From Paramoeba atlantica (lineage: Eukaryota > Protista > Discosea), in NCBI GenBank assembly GCA_977017575.1, contig CDRNVI010000026.1, positions 372,001 to 436,000 of the forward strand: a DNA stretch of 64,000 bases, read 5' to 3'. The translations under genes were made by a program, and so were the position numbers. The notes beneath the pieces are model-generated. The model was given only the letters and a program-made list of their open reading frames with translations, made no database searches and was not told the DNA's origin. Below are positions 1 to 11,088 of the stretch, one piece after another (the stretch's first letter is position 1; the number at the start of each line of letters is the position of its first letter).

Positions 1-2
1 TA

Positions 3-281
3 GAATCGTCATGCATAGAAAACGGGCGAACGAGGTTTCTTTCGATCCGTACTGCTCTCTCGGAAACAACAGAAGTGTACAAGCGGGTTACTATGGCGCT
101 CTCTTCGGCATACCGATCTCTGAAGCTAGGCGACGAGAACAAAGATTTAAATCCTGCATCTACATACCAAGATGTCCTAAAACCAGGTGAAATAAATGGC
201 GTTCCTTTAGAAATCACAGATGAATACGGGTTAGATGTCTTCTCTCTGCCATCCGGCCTACGTTTGTTCTTTGAAATATAG
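3..281 (+). CDS. 3' end of an unidentified CDS entering from upstream of the window
   Basis: Frame 3 is open from base 3 to TAG at 279-281 (ESSCIENGRT...LRLFFEI*), on the same strand as all other genes. No recognisable motif. Confidence 0.45.
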   Translation, partial: ESSCIENGRTRFLSIRTALSETTEVYKRVTMALSSAYRSLKLGDENKDLNPASTYQDVLKPGEINGVPLEITDEYGLDVFSLPSGLRLFFEI

Positions 282-356
282 AAGTGACAACATAGAAGTG
301 GCAAAGAACAGTATAAGGTAAGAGTCCACATCTCTTTGATTTTTTTCAAGATTTAT

Positions 357-890
357 TCAAGGCGAAAAAAACGTTGACTGGCGTGTACCTTCTATTCGGC
401 CACGCTCCAAATCACCGTATCGTTTCCGATCGTTTACAATGCTGGACCACATTTCTATGTCTGTATAATCAGGAATACTGGTACGAGTGGTTCCACTACG
501 ACGGCGTTGTACACGAATTCTCCCCCGACGGAGACAACCCTCCAAATTTTGACCCTTGTTCCGACTAATAAAACCGTAAATCGCCTTTCGGGAAATGCTC
601 ACACCTTCTTTGCGTAAAGTAACAGATGATACATGTTGAGGGTTAAAGCGCCTACGTAGAAGAGACACCTAACTCTCTTTGATGTCCCCTTGAATTTTTA
701 TTTGCGCGGGATTCCGTTTACTTGTCGACTGGTTCGCTGCTTGTTCGCCCTGCTTGGCGTTGTGCGCACCATCTCGATCTCCGCGTGGCAGTTCTCGACT
801 TACAAACGACCGATTTATTTTTCCCTTTCGCGTAATTTGCACCTCGGTAAAGTCTTCTTTGTATCGAATCTTAGTATCGAATCTCGATAA
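357..890 (-). pseudogene. Degenerate IS30-family transposase, N-terminal half
   Basis: One frame with one internal TAG (669-671): ...EVQITRKGKINRSFVSRELPRG...ES*VSLLRRRFNPQHVS...SISRKAIYGFISRNKG.NL..CLRR.R.R...RTSIPDYTDIEMWSSIVNDRKRYGDLERGRIEG. This follows the IS30 pattern (HTH STISREL.R; SPEQI; ISHETIY; SI..RP..V..R..GDWE.D.I.G). Truncated near the first catalytic Asp region. Confidence 0.7.
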
Positions 891-1076
891 ATTTTAAATA
901 AGCTTTTTTTGTAATTGACGCGTGAAAGAATGGCAGAATGTCTTTTATCACATTACATTACGCATTACCAGGATACGTGGTACTCTTCAATATCAAAATT
1001 TTACGCTTTATAAAGGTACGGGTGTTATTAACAAAATTGATTCCGTTGTCATAGTTTTTCTTATATTTATGTCAAT

Positions 1077-3071
1077 ATGTATGTGCGAAAAAAGCACACG
1101 AAACAGAAACGGATGCTACTGCGATCCTTATACAACTTTTCTTCTCTCACACCTTTTTTACAAAGGCACCGCAAAGTAGTTGTACAACTTCCCGAAGACC
1201 TTCTGCCCTATGCCCTCCTAATTCAAGAACTAATTAAAGAAGAGTGGAACCATAGTCCTCAGAACGAAACTCTCTGTGCTAAAGCTGAGTCGTTAGGAGC
1301 ATGTGGCATGACATGTGCTTGCACTCCTAACATGGACGAACAGGGTGTCGCACTAAATACACTGGACGAACTAGCTTGTCCAAAGCCGAATGTTACCTGT
1401 ATCACCGAGAAGAAATCTTCCTGTGATCAAGGAAAATACGGAGCGCCGTCTATTGCGATTATGGCAGACACAACATTTACCTCATGTTGTCCCGATGAGG
1501 TATCCGCTGAACACCTTCCCGGGGTTGATGGAATTGTACACTTTGGAATGGATTGCGGGATTAAAACTTCCCGAATACCCATCCAGTATTGCAGACGAAG
1601 CTTCTCGTCTACGTTTCTTGCAAAATGGGAAAGCGTTTTAGAAAACGAGCTGAAGTCTGTATTTCATACTTTAGAGAGCTCTGAACAAACATCTGGGGAT
1701 TTCATTTCGAACGCAAAGGATGGCATAGCATCATTACGTATTTTGAGTATTGTTCTTGCTGCGGAGGCATATGAGCTCCTACCTATTATACGAACCGTAG
1801 CCAACCAACTTGCGGATGAGGCCAAACAACTCGGATGGGAATTCATTGTCGGTTCTACCACTACAAATGAAACGACCCCAGAGGGTTTCGATACAATACG
1901 CCTGGGCGCACTTCAGATCCCTCTGAAGGCCTCGGTCTATTTCCTTGTCGATCCTACGCTATCCGATGGTTCCCACGTGGGTGCTCTCCACGGGGCTTCC
2001 GAGCGTGCAACGATCTCCAATCCCGAATCCCACCCGCTCTTTTTTCTTACCGGATTGCTCGCCACACACTACGGCGTCCCTCTCCACATCTCCTCGGTTC
2101 GTTTTCCTTCACACGTAAAGGACGAAGCCCGATCGGAGTCGTTCGTCTCTTCCCCTACGGTGCCCAGCAATGACGGAGTAAAAAGTCTACTCCCTATTGA
2201 TGAATTACACAACACCACCGCGAAAATGAATCGTTCAAAACTATGGGCTTCACACGAAGAGCGTGTTGCTGTAAAATCAGCACGATCCAGCGATGCAGAA
2301 TTGGACCCCTGCCGACGTCGTGCGACCCAATCTGTCTATCTGCGTGCGAAACTGCGGTCCTCGCTTGCGGTAGGGATTGTGGTCCATACCCTCAGTGCGG
2401 TCGGGTCGAATCTTTTAATCCGCTACTTGTATGATGTGTTAAAACGAGCAGGCAAGCGCCCGTACGTGTTGTATACGGGACGTCTTAATGTGCCGAAACT
2501 GGCCAATTTTACCGCCGATTTAGATCTCTGTGTGCTGGTGGGGTGTGCGTACCACGGCGTAATGAGCTGTTCACAATCCAGGGAGTATCCGATACCTGTT
2601 CTCACCCCGATGGAGGTGTGGACGGGATTGTTTGTGGATAACTACCCGGAATTAAACGTTTGTATGGGAAGTGAGGTAGATCCTGCGTTCCTGTCCCGCA
2701 CAAACGATGTTTCGCCCCTTTTTGAATCCTCCCCTGTGCCCACACTTCCACTGATTCCCCATGCGCTGCGTTGGTTTCGACACGCCTATGAAAAGCTGGG
2801 CATGTCAAAGCCAGAGGAAGACACATCGAATGTGGTAACAGGAGGAAACTGTTCGTCACAAAATACCCTTTCGCGAGGGATTAAGTCTTCCGCACTAACA
2901 GTGGCCCCTGCACTCTCACTTTCGACAATAACACGTTGGCACTCGCGCAGCTACAAGGGGTTAGACCCACAAGTGGGGCAGACGCCTGTACAGACAGAGA
3001 TTTCAGAGGGCATGAGTGGGATACCCAGCGTTTACGACCATGAGAAGAGCGAGGAAACAGCATTGCAGTAA
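1077..3071 (+). CDS. DPH2: Diphthamide biosynthesis protein 2
   Basis: VVVQLPEDLL, IMADTTFTSCCPDEVSAEH, GIVVHTLS, GRLNVPKLANF, and the DPH2-type C-terminus RSYKGLDPQVGQT...EGMSGIPSVY. Confidence 0.85.
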   Translation: MYVRKKHTKQKRMLLRSLYNFSSLTPFLQRHRKVVVQLPEDLLPYALLIQELIKEEWNHSPQNETLCAKAESLGACGMTCACTPNMDEQGVALNTLDELACPKPNVTCITEKKSSCDQGKYGAPSIAIMADTTFTSCCPDEVSAEHLPGVDGIVHFGMDCGIKTSRIPIQYCRRSFSSTFLAKWESVLENELKSVFHTLESSEQTSGDFISNAKDGIASLRILSIVLAAEAYELLPIIRTVANQLADEAKQLGWEFIVGSTTTNETTPEGFDTIRLGALQIPLKASVYFLVDPTLSDGSHVGALHGASERATISNPESHPLFFLTGLLATHYGVPLHISSVRFPSHVKDEARSESFVSSPTVPSNDGVKSLLPIDELHNTTAKMNRSKLWASHEERVAVKSARSSDAELDPCRRRATQSVYLRAKLRSSLAVGIVVHTLSAVGSNLLIRYLYDVLKRAGKRPYVLYTGRLNVPKLANFTADLDLCVLVGCAYHGVMSCSQSREYPIPVLTPMEVWTGLFVDNYPELNVCMGSEVDPAFLSRTNDVSPLFESSPVPTLPLIPHALRWFRHAYEKLGMSKPEEDTSNVVTGGNCSSQNTLSRGIKSSALTVAPALSLSTITRWHSRSYKGLDPQVGQTPVQTEISEGMSGIPSVYDHEKSEETALQ

Positions 3072-3347
3072 GCTGAAAGAAGACGTACGTACTGTACGCA
3101 CTGTATGTAAGATGCCAAAAGATTATTGTTATAAGAAAATAACACGAAAGCCGAAATACTTATATTTGATATTTGGGCCGCAGTTTTGTACACTTTTGCG
3201 AAATTTATAGCGCCATCTTTAGTATTTCATCGCTCTCCTGCTTCATTTGCCTCTCTAAGCGTAGTCACCTTTCGTCCACTCTCGACCATTCACCTCTCCT
3301 TATCATTTCCAAATCTACCCTCAACGAACCCCACCAAAAAAAAGAAC

Positions 3348-4817
3348 ATGTCGCCCCCCACCCCTACCCTCTTAACTGAAATCCAACACGGACACGATGC
3401 CGGGATTAGCTATGTGAAGTTCGTCTCTCTGCGCCCCAACGCACCTCTTTCCTATGACGCTCTACTCGTCACCTCTCTTGATGGCACGGTGTCAATATGG
3501 GAACGCGGTCCCGCTGCTTCAGCCTCTGGGCGGTCTTCCCATAAAAACATGCCTTCTTTTTCCTGTCTCACACGATGGGGAGCGCCCTCGGAGGGTTTAG
3601 GCCCTTCTCATGAGGAACAGGAGCGCAGTATGATTAACTGTGCGTGTTGGTTAACCCCGACAGTATGGTCTCCAGGTTCCCTCCTGCTGGGATGGGAGAC
3701 CGGGGCGATTTCTCAAATCGTTTTTACCGGAACGACCCTTTCAGAAATCTCAAAAAAGATTTTGTGGCATTCCCCTGAAGATGGAGGGGTGAATGCGATC
3801 ACAAAGGTATTGGATCTCAACGCGTGGTTCAATCCTAATCCTCGAGATGAAAATCCGGATCCTCGAATCAGGGATTGGTGTTGTTTCGGTACCGAGAACG
3901 GGCGGGTGGGGATTTTAGATCCCCGCAGACCGCACGCGTTGCTCGCCTCGATTCAACTTGCATCGGACATTACCTCACTTTGTGTGATGCCGCTTAACGA
4001 GAAGATGAGAGAAAAACAGGAAGACCAAAGGTTTGAATTTTCACAAACGGGTCTCTTGTTTGTGGGAGAGGGCTCGGGGACGTTGTCTTGTTGGGCTTCA
4101 CCCCTTCTGAGTGGGAATGATCTTAAAAAAGAAAGAGGGGAGCCGAGGGAGGTGGTTGGCTCCGATGGAATTGAGCTGAAACAAGTGAAGCTACACACGG
4201 ACGAGACGGAGTACGGTATTGGGATCAATGGAATGGTAGGTTTGCCTGTTGAAGCGTGGGATGAAAAATTAAGCTGTGTAGAAACAAAGGAACGCCATAC
4301 ACAGGGTGGATTTAGGAGTCCTCTAGCAGGCAGTGTGGCTCGACTGCTGCTGTATTATGGTACTTCATGTGAAATTCGGGAGCTTCGTAAGATGGATCCT
4401 CTAAAAATTGGACTGGAGTGTGATGATGCTTCAATGGCAGATTTTGGCCTTGAATTACGTTCCACCGATGCTCGGCTATGTAGTGCACATGATGCATCGA
4501 GAGTACATAGCGACTACGTACGTTCCTGTGTCCGTGTAAACGATTCTAAAGGGTGTTGCTTGCTAACTTCTGGCGATGATGGGCGAATCTCTGCATGGTC
4601 GTACTCTACGAAATCTATGAGATCTTTTTACAAAGATGTCTGTAACGAAACTTGGCCATTGTTTGAATTAGCGGCTGATCAGGATCCCATAATGACTATC
4701 GATGCCATAGTCAACACACCCACGCATGAACGTCGGGAAGGAAATAACTCTGAAGCAATTGTTTTTGTCAGTGGTTCAGAGGGTCCCTTTCTACGAGTGT
4801 GGGAGTGGCCTTCATAG
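3348..4817 (+). CDS. WD40-repeat protein
   Basis: LLVTSLDGTVSIWE, CFGTENGRVGILDPR, LLTSGDDGRISAWS, FVSGSEGPFLRVWE. ATG 3348 chosen because it follows a pyrimidine tract; the frame is open from 3186. Confidence 0.75.
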   Translation: MSPPTPTLLTEIQHGHDAGISYVKFVSLRPNAPLSYDALLVTSLDGTVSIWERGPAASASGRSSHKNMPSFSCLTRWGAPSEGLGPSHEEQERSMINCACWLTPTVWSPGSLLLGWETGAISQIVFTGTTLSEISKKILWHSPEDGGVNAITKVLDLNAWFNPNPRDENPDPRIRDWCCFGTENGRVGILDPRRPHALLASIQLASDITSLCVMPLNEKMREKQEDQRFEFSQTGLLFVGEGSGTLSCWASPLLSGNDLKKERGEPREVVGSDGIELKQVKLHTDETEYGIGINGMVGLPVEAWDEKLSCVETKERHTQGGFRSPLAGSVARLLLYYGTSCEIRELRKMDPLKIGLECDDASMADFGLELRSTDARLCSAHDASRVHSDYVRSCVRVNDSKGCCLLTSGDDGRISAWSYSTKSMRSFYKDVCNETWPLFELAADQDPIMTIDAIVNTPTHERREGNNSEAIVFVSGSEGPFLRVWEWPS

Positions 4818-5023
4818 GTAAAACAACAAAACGACGACTAGGATAGTACTCTGCTGAAAATTTTCCTCAGTGCATTCTTTAAACACACCTTTAATTAAAA
4901 CTCCCTTTCTTTTACCAAAACGGTGTTTTTTTAAAAACCTTTTTTATATCATCTACAACCATCTTATTTTTTTGGTCTTTTGAAGTATCTTGCCACAAAC
5001 TTTATTTCCCCGAAACTTTTTCA

Positions 5024-5392
5024 ATGCTGTGGTCGGTAGTGCAATCAGTCTTCGGTTGGTACGATGTGGCGAATGGGAACCCAAAAGAGATTCCTGTAAA
5101 TTACGTCTTCTCCAACGGATATCACAGTTCTCAGCCCATAGCTGTTTCGAATACTGTCCCGACACAACTTCGTACCTTTCCACGAACTCCCAGTCTTGCG
5201 CGTTCTTCGTCGCTCTTTACACTTGAACGACAACCTTCTACGGGACTCTTGCATTCACCCCTCCCTCTGGCACCCGGGGAGAGTTACCTGACCCCCCACC
5301 GTTACTTGTGGTTTTGTTATGGATCATACGTGCTGCTTTCGCTTTTTGCAATGCTTTTCATTGCATTTGTGCGGAACTTGTTTTTTGGATAA
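5024..5392 (+). CDS. Small hypothetical protein with C-terminal hydrophobic segment
   Basis: 122-aa ORF on the coding strand ending in YLWFCYGSYVLLSLFAMLFIAFVRNLFF. Confidence 0.35.
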   Translation: MLWSVVQSVFGWYDVANGNPKEIPVNYVFSNGYHSSQPIAVSNTVPTQLRTFPRTPSLARSSSLFTLERQPSTGLLHSPLPLAPGESYLTPHRYLWFCYGSYVLLSLFAMLFIAFVRNLFFG

Positions 5393-5587
5393 GGGACGCC
5401 TTGGGTTATCATTCAGAAACCTTTGTTACTTAAATCCTTCGGTGGCTTCACAGGGATTTTATTGGAGCGAAGGAGAAGCGCATTTTTCGTAATAAAGATG
5501 TATATGATACGACTATATATATTGTACGTATACGGGCTATAAAACCTTTTCTCATTTCCGTTTTTCGATATCCAAAACTCATTCTTC

Positions 5588-5901
5588 CTCCGGATGGTCA
5601 CTGGCAAACCAAACGCTTCACAGACAGATTTGGAAGTTTCGAGACGGACGTCCTCTACCAGTTTCCGCTTGTCCAAGTCGGCACAACGCGTTGTTTCCAA
5701 CCTCTGGGTCGACCAATCTTACGTCATCACGGCTTACCCAAGAGGTGTAAGCCGTGCAAGGGAGCTGGTTCCCTAAGGGGGGTCGGTCTTCCGAGTACTG
5801 GCCAAGACGGATCTCGACCCAGCCTCTTAGAGTGAGGCCACCAGGTATTATGCGGGAGGCGAGAGTCGAGGTTGCCGTCTGCTTCAAGTTCTTGCCCACT
5901 T
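5588..5901 (-). repeat. Dispersed SINE-like repeat, copy A
   Basis: The reverse complement aligns over about 310 nt with 45795-46135. Shared blocks include ggcctcactctaa, cagtactcgga, gggaaccagctccctt, ctcttgggtaagccgtg, caagcggaaactggtagaggacgtc and acttccaaatctgtctgtgaag...tgccagtgaccatccggag. Confidence 0.8.
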
Positions 5902-5904
5902 ACT

Positions 5905-6020
5905 TGAGGGGCCGCGGGTGGGGGTCAAAACGAGATCATGATACACGAAAAAGACCGAATAATAACCACTCACGCGCGAAATACTTTTTTATGTAGTCGT
6001 GAAATCACGCGAGATCATAC
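5905..6020. repeat. Truncated MITE-like element related to 19045-19120
   Basis: Starts tgaggggccgcgggt (compare tgaggggctgcgggt) and ends aatcacgcgagatcatac, matching the reverse complement of the gatctc repeats inside the 19045 element. Confidence 0.5.
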
Positions 6021-6171
6021 TTAATCAAGAGCTGACGTGAATGAAAGTACTATGAAAGTAATATGTAGACGCGTCCTTGATCTCACAAAATTGTTTCAGA
6101 ATATTACATTGTAACTGCTTCAATTGTATCTAGCAGACTTTGACTGGTTTCGCTTCCTCTTTGTCCATTCG

Positions 6172-7014
6172 ATGCACTTAATCCCCACTCCAGATATTCC
6201 ACGTGTGGTACGCGCGGGTAAGGTACGTGGAAATCTTGCTCAGGAATATCAACTGGAACGATGTGTACATAATCTTACACAGCGGCACCAGTCCTGGACT
6301 TCAGAGACCCCTGCTTGTATGTGGTACGGTGTGAGTTGTCGCCACGGGGATGTTTATGTTATTGAATGGAATCATGAAAAACTACGAGGCATACTTGACT
6401 TCTCGGCCTTACCTGTCTCCGCTGTGGGTTTCCAGTGTAAAGAAAATCATCTTACGGGTCCCCTTTCCCTCGTTGAATTTCCTCCTTCTCTTTTAGAACT
6501 TAACGTTGCCGTTAATCAGCTCTCAGGTGGTTTAGACATGGGAGAACTTTGGTCAAAGATTACATTCTTTGAGGCGCAGGTAAATACAATGTCGGGACTG
6601 TTGGATTTTACACAAATACCTCCCGATTTGTGGGAAATGCGTCTTGCATGGAATGGATTCTATGGTAATTTAGATTTCACAACTTATCGGATACCGCGAA
6701 ATCTGAGAGTTTTGGATCTTTCACAGAATAAATTTCGTGGCACGCTTTGCTTGAAAGGCTTATGGGCGCCCGATCTTCAATTATCAGTGCAGGGCAATTC
6801 CTTGATTAAACATTTTGATGTCAGACAAGTGAATATCGCTCTGCTTACCGTAGACAGAAAAATGAAGTTGCTTGATGTCCCCCGCTTCTCACCAGTAGTT
6901 ATAAAGTACGTCCCCCGCAGTAAATCACGACCGACTTCAAGATCTATATCTACTGATCCTCATGGCCTGTCAAAACGAACGTGCATGTCAGTTGCATGTC
7001 TACTCTATGTATGA
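6172..7014 (+). CDS. Leucine-rich repeat protein (family A)
   Basis: RAGKVRGNLAQEYQL cap, W.SETPACMWYGVSC, LRR units LNVAVNQLSGGLD and LDLSQNKFRG. Paralogue of 8543-9280. Confidence 0.8.
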   Translation: MHLIPTPDIPRVVRAGKVRGNLAQEYQLERCVHNLTQRHQSWTSETPACMWYGVSCRHGDVYVIEWNHEKLRGILDFSALPVSAVGFQCKENHLTGPLSLVEFPPSLLELNVAVNQLSGGLDMGELWSKITFFEAQVNTMSGLLDFTQIPPDLWEMRLAWNGFYGNLDFTTYRIPRNLRVLDLSQNKFRGTLCLKGLWAPDLQLSVQGNSLIKHFDVRQVNIALLTVDRKMKLLDVPRFSPVVIKYVPRSKSRPTSRSISTDPHGLSKRTCMSVACLLYV

Positions 7015-7511
7015 GGTAACCCATCACAAACACCCATCACGAACCCCACACTCATGATCGGCCGTTTCAGGTCCACTGGGCGGTTGGTTCAGTGTGGTGT
7101 CTCCAACTTCGAAAATAGGTTCCCCAGTAACCAGCCGTCCTTCCCCGCACATGCTAAATTTTTACCCAAACACACAGCAGCAATGTAGAGTTCCATAAAG
7201 TTAGCTATTAGTATACAAGCGGTCCGAAGCATTTTTCATTTAATTAAGTATATTATAGTACAGTGTAAGCTTAGTATGTATTGAAATGAAGTAATTGTAT
7301 ACATTGCGTAGTTCGGTACATTGTATACCCCATCTAGGGGGATGTACCCCCTAGTTATGTTAGCAGTTAGATAATTGTTGTAAATGCATGTGCCTGATTG
7401 CAAATTTAATTCTAATTTCCTTGCATGTGATTACGTAAATGGATTCTTCAAAATCCATTTTAACTATTTGAGTTTTTAGGTGCACCCGTCGACCCTTATC
7501 CAATACAATAA

Positions 7512-8165
7512 ATGTGTTACATTTTCTTCAATACAGCAGACTCATCAGTTCGATCAGGAAAGGTGCGAAGAGCTCTTTTACCTCAGGAGTTCACTCTCGC
7601 GCAGCTCGTACAGGATATCACCACCTCCGAAGCGTCCTGGACTACTTCCACTCCTGCATGTGAATGGTCGTACGTGAAGTGTAATGCTGAAAAGGAAGTA
7701 ACTAGTTTGCCATGGTGCTTCAGTTTGTTTGCATCAGATTGTCCCACACTACAAGGAAAACTATCTTGGAAATACTTACCACGTACCTTGTTGTTTCTTG
7801 ATGCTTCTTCGCAGTCTTTGAGAGGGCCCGTGGATCTTTCTGTTCTACCTCCGGAACTACAAGATTTCCACATTAGTATGAATGAGTGTAGCGGATCACT
7901 GGATTTAACGCGCTTGCCCCCTACTCTTAAATCCCTATATCTCGATGATAATAGATTCAAAGGTGAAATTGATCTCACGTGTCTTCCGTTGTCGATACGC
8001 GAAATCTCCTTGTGCTACAATGAGCTATGCGGTGAGCCGGACGTCACGAAGCTTCCGGAACATGTATTCGAAGTTGACCTTTCTCACAACCACTTTACAT
8101 GGCATGGAGACGTACCATCAATAGTTATTATTTGGGATGAAGAGGAGACAAAAGCAATCGATTAG
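7512..8165 (+). CDS. Leucine-rich repeat protein (family B)
   Basis: SWTTSTPACEWSYVKC; LTRLPPTLKSLYLDDNRFKGEIDLTCLP. Confidence 0.8.
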   Translation: MCYIFFNTADSSVRSGKVRRALLPQEFTLAQLVQDITTSEASWTTSTPACEWSYVKCNAEKEVTSLPWCFSLFASDCPTLQGKLSWKYLPRTLLFLDASSQSLRGPVDLSVLPPELQDFHISMNECSGSLDLTRLPPTLKSLYLDDNRFKGEIDLTCLPLSIREISLCYNELCGEPDVTKLPEHVFEVDLSHNHFTWHGDVPSIVIIWDEEETKAID

Positions 8166-8542
8166 GTGACGGTAAAGCACTTGTAGATTTTTGAAGTTTT
8201 GCTATAAAAACGGCCTTTTCAGTTTTGCCGACACATTAGTATCAATGCAATGTCTACCATTCTGTACTATACATTATAAAAGGCTACATACGTTTCTCCC
8301 ATTCAGCCGGTCATTAATCTAATCAGATCAAATTGATTCAATCGTTCTGAAATGCATTTTTCTGTCCCGAGGACCAGTGGCGCACTTCCGCCGCGATTGA
8401 CACAAGCAGACAATACTTTGCAACAAAAATGACGAAAACTGATAAAAGAGGCGTTGAATTTCTCAGTATGGAAAACGTTTTTCAAACACAAGTACGAAAA
8501 AACCAATTTCCTTTTTTTTTTGTTTCTTTGCTTTGCTTGCAC

Positions 8543-9280
8543 ATGTATCTGACGTCTGCAGCTGATATTCCACGTGCAGTACGCGCGGGTAAGGTACGTG
8601 GAAATTTGGGTCAGGAATATCAACTTGAACGATTTGTACATAATCTGACACAGCGACATCCATCATGGACCTCAGAGACTCCCGCGTGTAAGTGGTACGG
8701 AGTCAGTTGTCGAGACCAAGAAGTATTTTCGATTGATTGGGAAAAAGAAAAATTACGTGGTAGTTTTGAGTTTTCGGGTTTGCCTCCGAGTACAGCACGA
8801 TTTTTGTGTTCTAAAAATCGTGTCTTTGGTTTTTTGCCACTTCTTGAATTTCCTTCCTCTCTCTTGCGAGTTGTCGTTGCGGCGAACCAGTTTTCGGGCC
8901 CCTTAAATTTGAATGACTTGTGGTCCACAGTTATTTATTTTGAGGCACACGTAAATGTGCTTTCTGGAGCTCTAGACTTTTCTACGCTCCCACTTGATTT
9001 GCGGGAATTGCGTTTAGCTAAGAATAACTTTGACGGCGAGCTCCACCTGGTGACAGGACGCGTGTTACAAAATTTGCAAGTTCTTGACCTCTCTTATAAC
9101 TCATTCAATGGTGCGCTTCGTTTAAATGGACTGTGGGCGCCTGCTTTGCAACTTTCACTACAAGGGAATCATTTTATTGCTGCACAGGAACTTCGTAATG
9201 TTTCACTTTCCCGTTTGAAGGTAAGTAATTCGCTAAGAAATCTCGTACGATACTCTTCCATGCCCGTAGAATACGAATAG
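8543..9280 (+). CDS. Leucine-rich repeat protein (family A paralogue)
   Basis: N-terminal DNA nearly identical to 6190-6350 (gatattccacgtg.gtacgcgcgggtaaggtacgtggaaat). LRR units. Frame is open from 8429. Confidence 0.8.
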   Translation: MYLTSAADIPRAVRAGKVRGNLGQEYQLERFVHNLTQRHPSWTSETPACKWYGVSCRDQEVFSIDWEKEKLRGSFEFSGLPPSTARFLCSKNRVFGFLPLLEFPSSLLRVVVAANQFSGPLNLNDLWSTVIYFEAHVNVLSGALDFSTLPLDLRELRLAKNNFDGELHLVTGRVLQNLQVLDLSYNSFNGALRLNGLWAPALQLSLQGNHFIAAQELRNVSLSRLKVSNSLRNLVRYSSMPVEYE

Positions 9281-9846
9281 GAGTTCGTATAGTTTGCGTG
9301 TACAGTATTAGTAAATTTGGTTAGACTGAAGCAATGTGAATACAATGTCTTGTAAAAATTATAATCGTCTTTATAATCGTTTTGTAATCTTTATAATCGT
9401 TCCTCTAGTTTTGCCTAGTTTTTGGACCCAGAGAGCACAAAGTTGTGTCTTTTTGTGTACCAACCTTTTTCTGTCCACCGTCTTCCATGATCAGTTTGAA
9501 TTGCATTTTTTCATTTCTCTTAATATTTTCACTGTTTTTGTTCACTTTTTTTGCAATAATCGAGGGTAGAGCAGTAGTTATACAACAACTGCAATGCATA
9601 AGGCATATTGATAATGCATAAGGATTGCCTTTTACACAGCCTCACGTAGACCATTCTGATCCTCGGGCTCAAAAAAATATCAGCCTTAAAAATACCTGAT
9701 TTCCTCTAGTTATAAAAACGAATGATTTTCTCCTATGGAAAACACTGCGATCAAAGTACTTTCTCACGAGAACGAGAACTCACGAATGTATCAAAATTAA
9801 GCAAAACCGAATAAAAGTTTAATCTTTAGAATTACATGACGCAGAC

Positions 9847-9963
9847 TGAGGGAGTTGCTATGCCCTGTCCATGGTATCGTGTTCAGGGGAACAGCAATCC
9901 CCCATTATCTCGGCGTAGTAAACACGCCTTGGCTTGCCTGGCACCACGATTGCCGAAAAAAAA
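9847..9963. repeat. Left terminus; inverted repeat of 11357-11473
   Basis: 117-bp inverted match with 4 mismatches by my count (tgagggagttgctatgccctgtcc... versus ...ggacagggcatagcaactccctca). Confidence 0.95.
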
Positions 9964-10313
9964 AATTCGGTTCATTTCGCAGCCCAGTTGCTTCCCACTT
10001 AAGGGGCCCGCTCCCACAACCGAGTGATCTCCCCGGCAGCACGGTTTTACCCATGCGTCGAGAAGGCTGGGGTGTGAGACCAGGGTGCATTAGTAGAAAA
10101 TTTTCGGAAGAAGAAATACGGAGATTTTACTGCATAATGGCGTAGAAAACTTTGAGTGCAATAGAACAAAGGGTTGGCGTAAACCTTTGGTTAACGTTTT
10201 TTCTTTTGGGGGGATTTACTTTCTTTGCCATTCCTCATGCTATCAACTCATAAATTTTACCAATTACTCTAGATTCGTATATTTGTTTCCTCCAGTTACG
10301 CTTTCCATAATTC

Positions 10314-11088
10314 TTACATAGGGTCTACATGTACATCGCCAGCTCTTAGAGCTGAGTTCAGGAGTGCTTCTTTTCTGTCATATTTATGCTCTTCTCGAGT
10401 CAACCCGTCCGCTGGGTTTTCTTTAGATTTAATATGGAAAATTCGAAAAGAATGTCCATGTTTCCCTATCTGTTCATCCATTTCCGTGATCTCATTACAC
10501 ATCGATCTCGTAACTGATGTACGCCCCGATTCTGATGGTATTTCACTCTGGTGAAACCAGTGTCACATATCAGCGGATAAAAAGTTTACGTTGGGGAAAT
10601 TCTCTATTACATGGATAATTTCAGCGATAGCTGGAAAATTCAAGCAAGGAGGGCGATTGCACATCTCATTTGGTGGTGTTCCATCCGCAATACTTCTTGA
10701 CAATTCCTCCGCTTTTGGTACCTCAAAGTAACGTAAATATAAACGTGATGATGATGATCGAGAGTCGTGTGCCACACGTAGCACCCCGCATTCCACGAGT
10801 TCTAATAAATGTTGTAACCAAACCCCGGAGGATAGTTTCCTTATTTTCCCGTGAAAAGGGGGACAATTTATCTATTCAATAAAATTTTGGGTACTTTTCA
10901 ATGCCGTGCAACATTTGATACCCCATGGTAAACCATGTTTTAGGTGTGTTGATGTAAAGAAACCAAGTTGTTCCTTCAGTATTTATGATGAATCTTCGTT
11001 AACAAAGAATTCGGGTATAAATGCATCAAGCAAAGCAACCGTTGCTTTTTTTTCTAGTTCTCTTTTTTTTACTCCACCGAATAAGCAC
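10314..11088 (-). pseudogene. Internally deleted reverse transcriptase/RNase H of TATE/DIRS type
   Basis: One frame with three internal stops: ...LRYFEVPKAEELSRSIADGTPPNEMCNRPPCLNFP...NFLSADM*HWFHQSEIP. This is the RT N-terminal motif (D.RHWFHQ; the TGA is probably from CGA). It is joined directly to ...IFHIKSKENPADGLTR, the RNase H C-terminal motif N.AD.LSR. The YxDD region is missing. Confidence 0.75.

Noticed and set aside
5758-5778. agctggttccct resembling LSU rRNA
   Set aside because: Only about 12 nt match and the flanks do not resemble rRNA.
9990-10100. Minus-strand HPGLTPQPSRRMG as a YR H-x-x-R box remnant
   Set aside because: The catalytic His is absent and similarity is limited to a few residues.
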